A stretch of DNA of 9,267 nt from Verrucomicrobiota bacterium (GTDB lineage Bacteria > Verrucomicrobiota > Verrucomicrobiia > Chthoniobacterales > UBA6821). Below are positions 7,267 to 9,267 of this stretch, in pieces. How positions within the stretch are numbered: position 1 is the stretch's first letter; each line of letters begins with the position of its first letter. The notes under the pieces were generated by a model that was not told where the DNA came from, searched no databases, and saw nothing but the letters and a program-made list of their open reading frames with translations. A program made the translations under genes and the position numbers. The stretch lies in the NCBI GenBank assembly GCA_008932965.1, contig WBXG01000064.1, forward strand, positions 1 through 9,267, read 5' to 3'.

Positions 7267-8967
7267 TTATAAGCCTCCATGCTTCCATATAGAGAATGCC
7301 AACCTTATCCCCATGGCAAGACCACAGAAAAAACCAAGGAGTCCAAGGATCGGGACACCAAAGAATTTTGGTGGTAAACCTGAATGCACAAGTACGGAGG
7401 AGGCAATGAGAAGCGAGGAAGTAAGCAGGGCATTGACCAAGCGATTAAAAACGGAATCGAGTGTCTGACGCAGTGGTTCGATCCCTTCAGGAGCAATGCG
7501 ATGTTCGAGAGGGATATTAAGTTTGCCATGCTTCAACCGAGTATAGAGAAGCCGAAAATCTTGTGGAACTTCTTCCATAAGATCGATGCTTTCTGCAACA
7601 AGGTTCTGTAAAACTCTAAAAAGACGCTTCGGTTTGTAGCTCTCAGAAAGAACTTCTGTTGCATAAGAACCACCAAGCATGATGAAGTTGAGGTTAGGAT
7701 CAAGTTGTTGACCGATAGCTTCAACTTGAGTGAGGGCTTTAATACCGAGATAGAAATTACTCTTCATTCGAAGATGATTTTTACGAAGTAATTCTAAAAG
7801 CTTGGTTAAAACGGCTCCCATATGAATATCTCTTAGTGCACCTGATAAATTTTGATCACAAAATTCTTCCACTTGAGAAAGAAGATTTGCTGTATCACGT
7901 ACAGAACCTTCTTGAGACATATCTAAAATAGCACGCATCACCAGATCATAATTTTTTTGAGCCAGCCCTATTACTAAACGTGCAATACTTCTTCGAAACG
8001 CGGGAGTAAAGGATCCCATCATTCCATAATCATAGAGCCCAATCACTCCGTGAGGCATGACCACCATATTTCCTGGATGAGGGTCAGCATGGAAAAAACC
8101 GAATGTAAAAATTTGTTTGTAAATCAATCGCGTCATTCGTTCCGCAATCGCCTCCGGTGAAAGATGATGTTTTTTTAATAAGCGCCCATCATTGACCGCT
8201 AGACCTGAAATAAATTCCATCGTGAGCACGACAGAACTCGAAAAATCGCGATACACCAACGGGACATGAATATCGGGATCATATTGAAACTGTTTTCCAA
8301 AACGCTCGATGCTGTTTGCTTCATGATTAAAATCGAGTTCTTGTAGCAAAACAGAGGAAAACTCAGCAACCAGACCTTGGGGGTTCAGGCCACTAAATTC
8401 AGGTGCATATTTTGAAACAAAAGAAGCGATATCGGCTAGAATGGCCAGGTCTAATTCAATCACCTCTTGAATATTGGGCCGCTGGACTTTGACAGCAACA
8501 ACAGTGCCATCCTTGAGTTGTGCACGGTGGACTTGTCCGATGGATGCCGAACCGATCGGCATTTCCTCAAAAGCCAAGAAGCATTTTTTAACCGTCACTC
8601 CTAACGACTCCTTAATCATACGATAGACCTCTTTAATCGGAAAAGGAGGTACTTTACCTTGAAGCCGACAGAGCTCTTGGTAATAGTCCTCGCTTAAGAG
8701 ATCACGTCGAGAACTTAAAATCTGACCAAGCTTAATAAAGGTGGGACCTAACTCCTCTAGTGCTAAGCGCATCCTCTCAGGAAGAGGCTTTGATAAGACC
8801 CCTTCTTCGTGCAAAGAGACCTCGATTTCGCCTAGTCCCAGTACTTGCTGTAACACAACTAAGCGCAGCACCTCGGCAAAGCCATATTTAATTAAAATTT
8901 CAAGGATTTCGCGATAACGCGGAAGGTGAGATGCAAAGGCAACTGCAGAGCGAAATTGTTTGAACAT
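7267..8967 (-). CDS. ubiB: UbiB/ABC1/AarF-family atypical protein kinase-like protein with C-terminal membrane helices
   Basis: The ORF is 566 aa. Family hallmarks are the KxGQ motif FIKLGQ (KLGQ at 8722-8733), GSASIGQVHRA, the VAVKVQRP lysine, the catalytic-loop-like HADPHPGN (8068-8091) and DYG. Two hydrophobic C-terminal segments are present (LLTSSLLIASSVLV, ILGLLGFFCGLAMGI). The ATG is at 8965-8967 on the reverse strand. Confidence 0.85.
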   Translation of the reverse strand: MFKQFRSAVAFASHLPRYREILEILIKYGFAEVLRLVVLQQVLGLGEIEVSLHEEGVLSKPLPERMRLALEELGPTFIKLGQILSSRRDLLSEDYYQELCRLQGKVPPFPIKEVYRMIKESLGVTVKKCFLAFEEMPIGSASIGQVHRAQLKDGTVVAVKVQRPNIQEVIELDLAILADIASFVSKYAPEFSGLNPQGLVAEFSSVLLQELDFNHEANSIERFGKQFQYDPDIHVPLVYRDFSSSVVLTMEFISGLAVNDGRLLKKHHLSPEAIAERMTRLIYKQIFTFGFFHADPHPGNMVVMPHGVIGLYDYGMMGSFTPAFRRSIARLVIGLAQKNYDLVMRAILDMSQEGSVRDTANLLSQVEEFCDQNLSGALRDIHMGAVLTKLLELLRKNHLRMKSNFYLGIKALTQVEAIGQQLDPNLNFIMLGGSYATEVLSESYKPKRLFRVLQNLVAESIDLMEEVPQDFRLLYTRLKHGKLNIPLEHRIAPEGIEPLRQTLDSVFNRLVNALLTSSLLIASSVLVHSGLPPKFFGVPILGLLGFFCGLAMGIRLAFSIWKHGGL

Positions 8968-8989
8968 GGTTTAAAAATTCACAATGGTG

Positions 8990-9018
8990 AAAAGGAGAAG
9001 CATTCACCCTAGCTTCCC
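8990..9018 (-). terminator. Weak hairpin plus short U tract between the Fe-S subunit gene and ubiB (possible partial terminator)
   Basis: On the minus-strand RNA, GGGAAGC pairs with GCUUCUC over 7 bp, including one G:U, with a 10-nt loop (plus-strand 8995-9018). The sequence C-UUUU-C follows (8989-8994). The stem is marginal in stability and the U tract is short. Confidence 0.2.
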
Positions 9019-9052
9019 GGCCTCCGTAGTTGATTGGTATGAAATATTAGGG

Positions 9053-9267
9053 TTAAGGGATGACTGTTGCCCTCACATACTCACGATTAAGTGTTGCAAT
9101 CACAGAAGCTGAAATGGAGGCAGGGCAAACAGCTTCACAGGCATAGTAGTTTGAACAATTACCAAAACCCTCTTTATCCATGGTCTGGACCATTGCAAGA
9201 ACGCGCTCTTGCCGTTCCGGCTGACCCTGAGGCATCAGGCTTAAATGAGTGACTTTGGCACCCACAA
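9053..9267 (-). CDS. sdhB: Succinate dehydrogenase / fumarate reductase iron-sulfur subunit, C-terminal fragment (gene continues beyond the window end)
   Basis: The frame is open to the window edge, so the GTG at 9263-9265 used by the ORF track is probably internal. The fragment contains the third cluster-ligand motif C-x5-C-x3-C-P (CSNYYACEAVCP, 9122-9157). This is preceded by LMPQGQPER...DKEGFGNCS, typical of SdhB/FrdB C-termini. The stop is TAA at 9053-9055 on the reverse strand. Only about 71 aa are visible, so sdhB versus frdB cannot be resolved. Confidence 0.7.
   Translation of the reverse strand, partial: VGAKVTHLSLMPQGQPERQERVLAMVQTMDKEGFGNCSNYYACEAVCPASISASVIATLNREYVRATVIP

Noticed and set aside
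7238-7278. Inverted repeat GGAGGCT/AGCCTCC in the convergent gap between rluD and ubiB, considered as a bidirectional terminator
   Set aside because: It is only a 7-bp stem with a 27-nt loop, its 3' arm lies inside the ubiB coding sequence, and no T or A tract flanks it. That is not convincing as an intrinsic terminator.
5175-7724. Short ORFs overlapping the exporter, rluD and ubiB (5175-5432 -, 6025-6327 -, 6565-6771 -, 6617-6901 +, 7259-7468 +, 7305-7529 -, 7384-7611 +, 7533-7724 -)
   Set aside because: Same reasoning as above: they are embedded in well-supported genes and show no recognisable motifs.
1-9267. Search for a defence island, toxin-antitoxin pair, mobile element, CRISPR array, tRNA or other ncRNA
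   Set aside because: All four intergenic gaps are 57-85 bp with no repeats or structured-RNA signatures. Every long ORF has a clear housekeeping family assignment. No integrase, transposase or terminal-repeat signals are visible.

Overview
This window holds five co-linear housekeeping genes with short intergenic gaps (57-85 bp). I found no RNA genes, mobile elements, CRISPR arrays or defence-type genes. (1) A very large uvrA reading frame runs from nt 1 to 4362 on the + strand, and its 5' end lies upstream of the window. It encodes most of one UvrA unit followed in frame by a second complete UvrA unit, a tandem 'double UvrA'. (2) An ABC half-transporter exporter with fused permease and ATPase (4431-6230, +). 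(3) An RluD-type pseudouridine synthase (6295-7209, +). (4) A UbiB/ABC1/AarF-family atypical kinase (7267-8967, -). (5) The C-terminal end of a succinate dehydrogenase/fumarate reductase Fe-S subunit (9053-9267, -, partial). By eye the GC content is in the low 40s percent. The giant tandem UvrA matches my recollection of Chlamydiota genomes, where uvrA is annotated at roughly 1,780 aa. That taxonomic guess is low-confidence and cannot be verified here. I do not see a convincing novel multi-gene system. The most unusual content is inside uvrA: the covalent pseudo-dimer architecture, an almost complete loss of the insertion domain in unit 2, and non-equivalent ATPase motifs among the visible nucleotide-binding sites. 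The remaining short ORFs in the six-frame track lie antisense or out of frame inside these genes, and I treat them as spurious.
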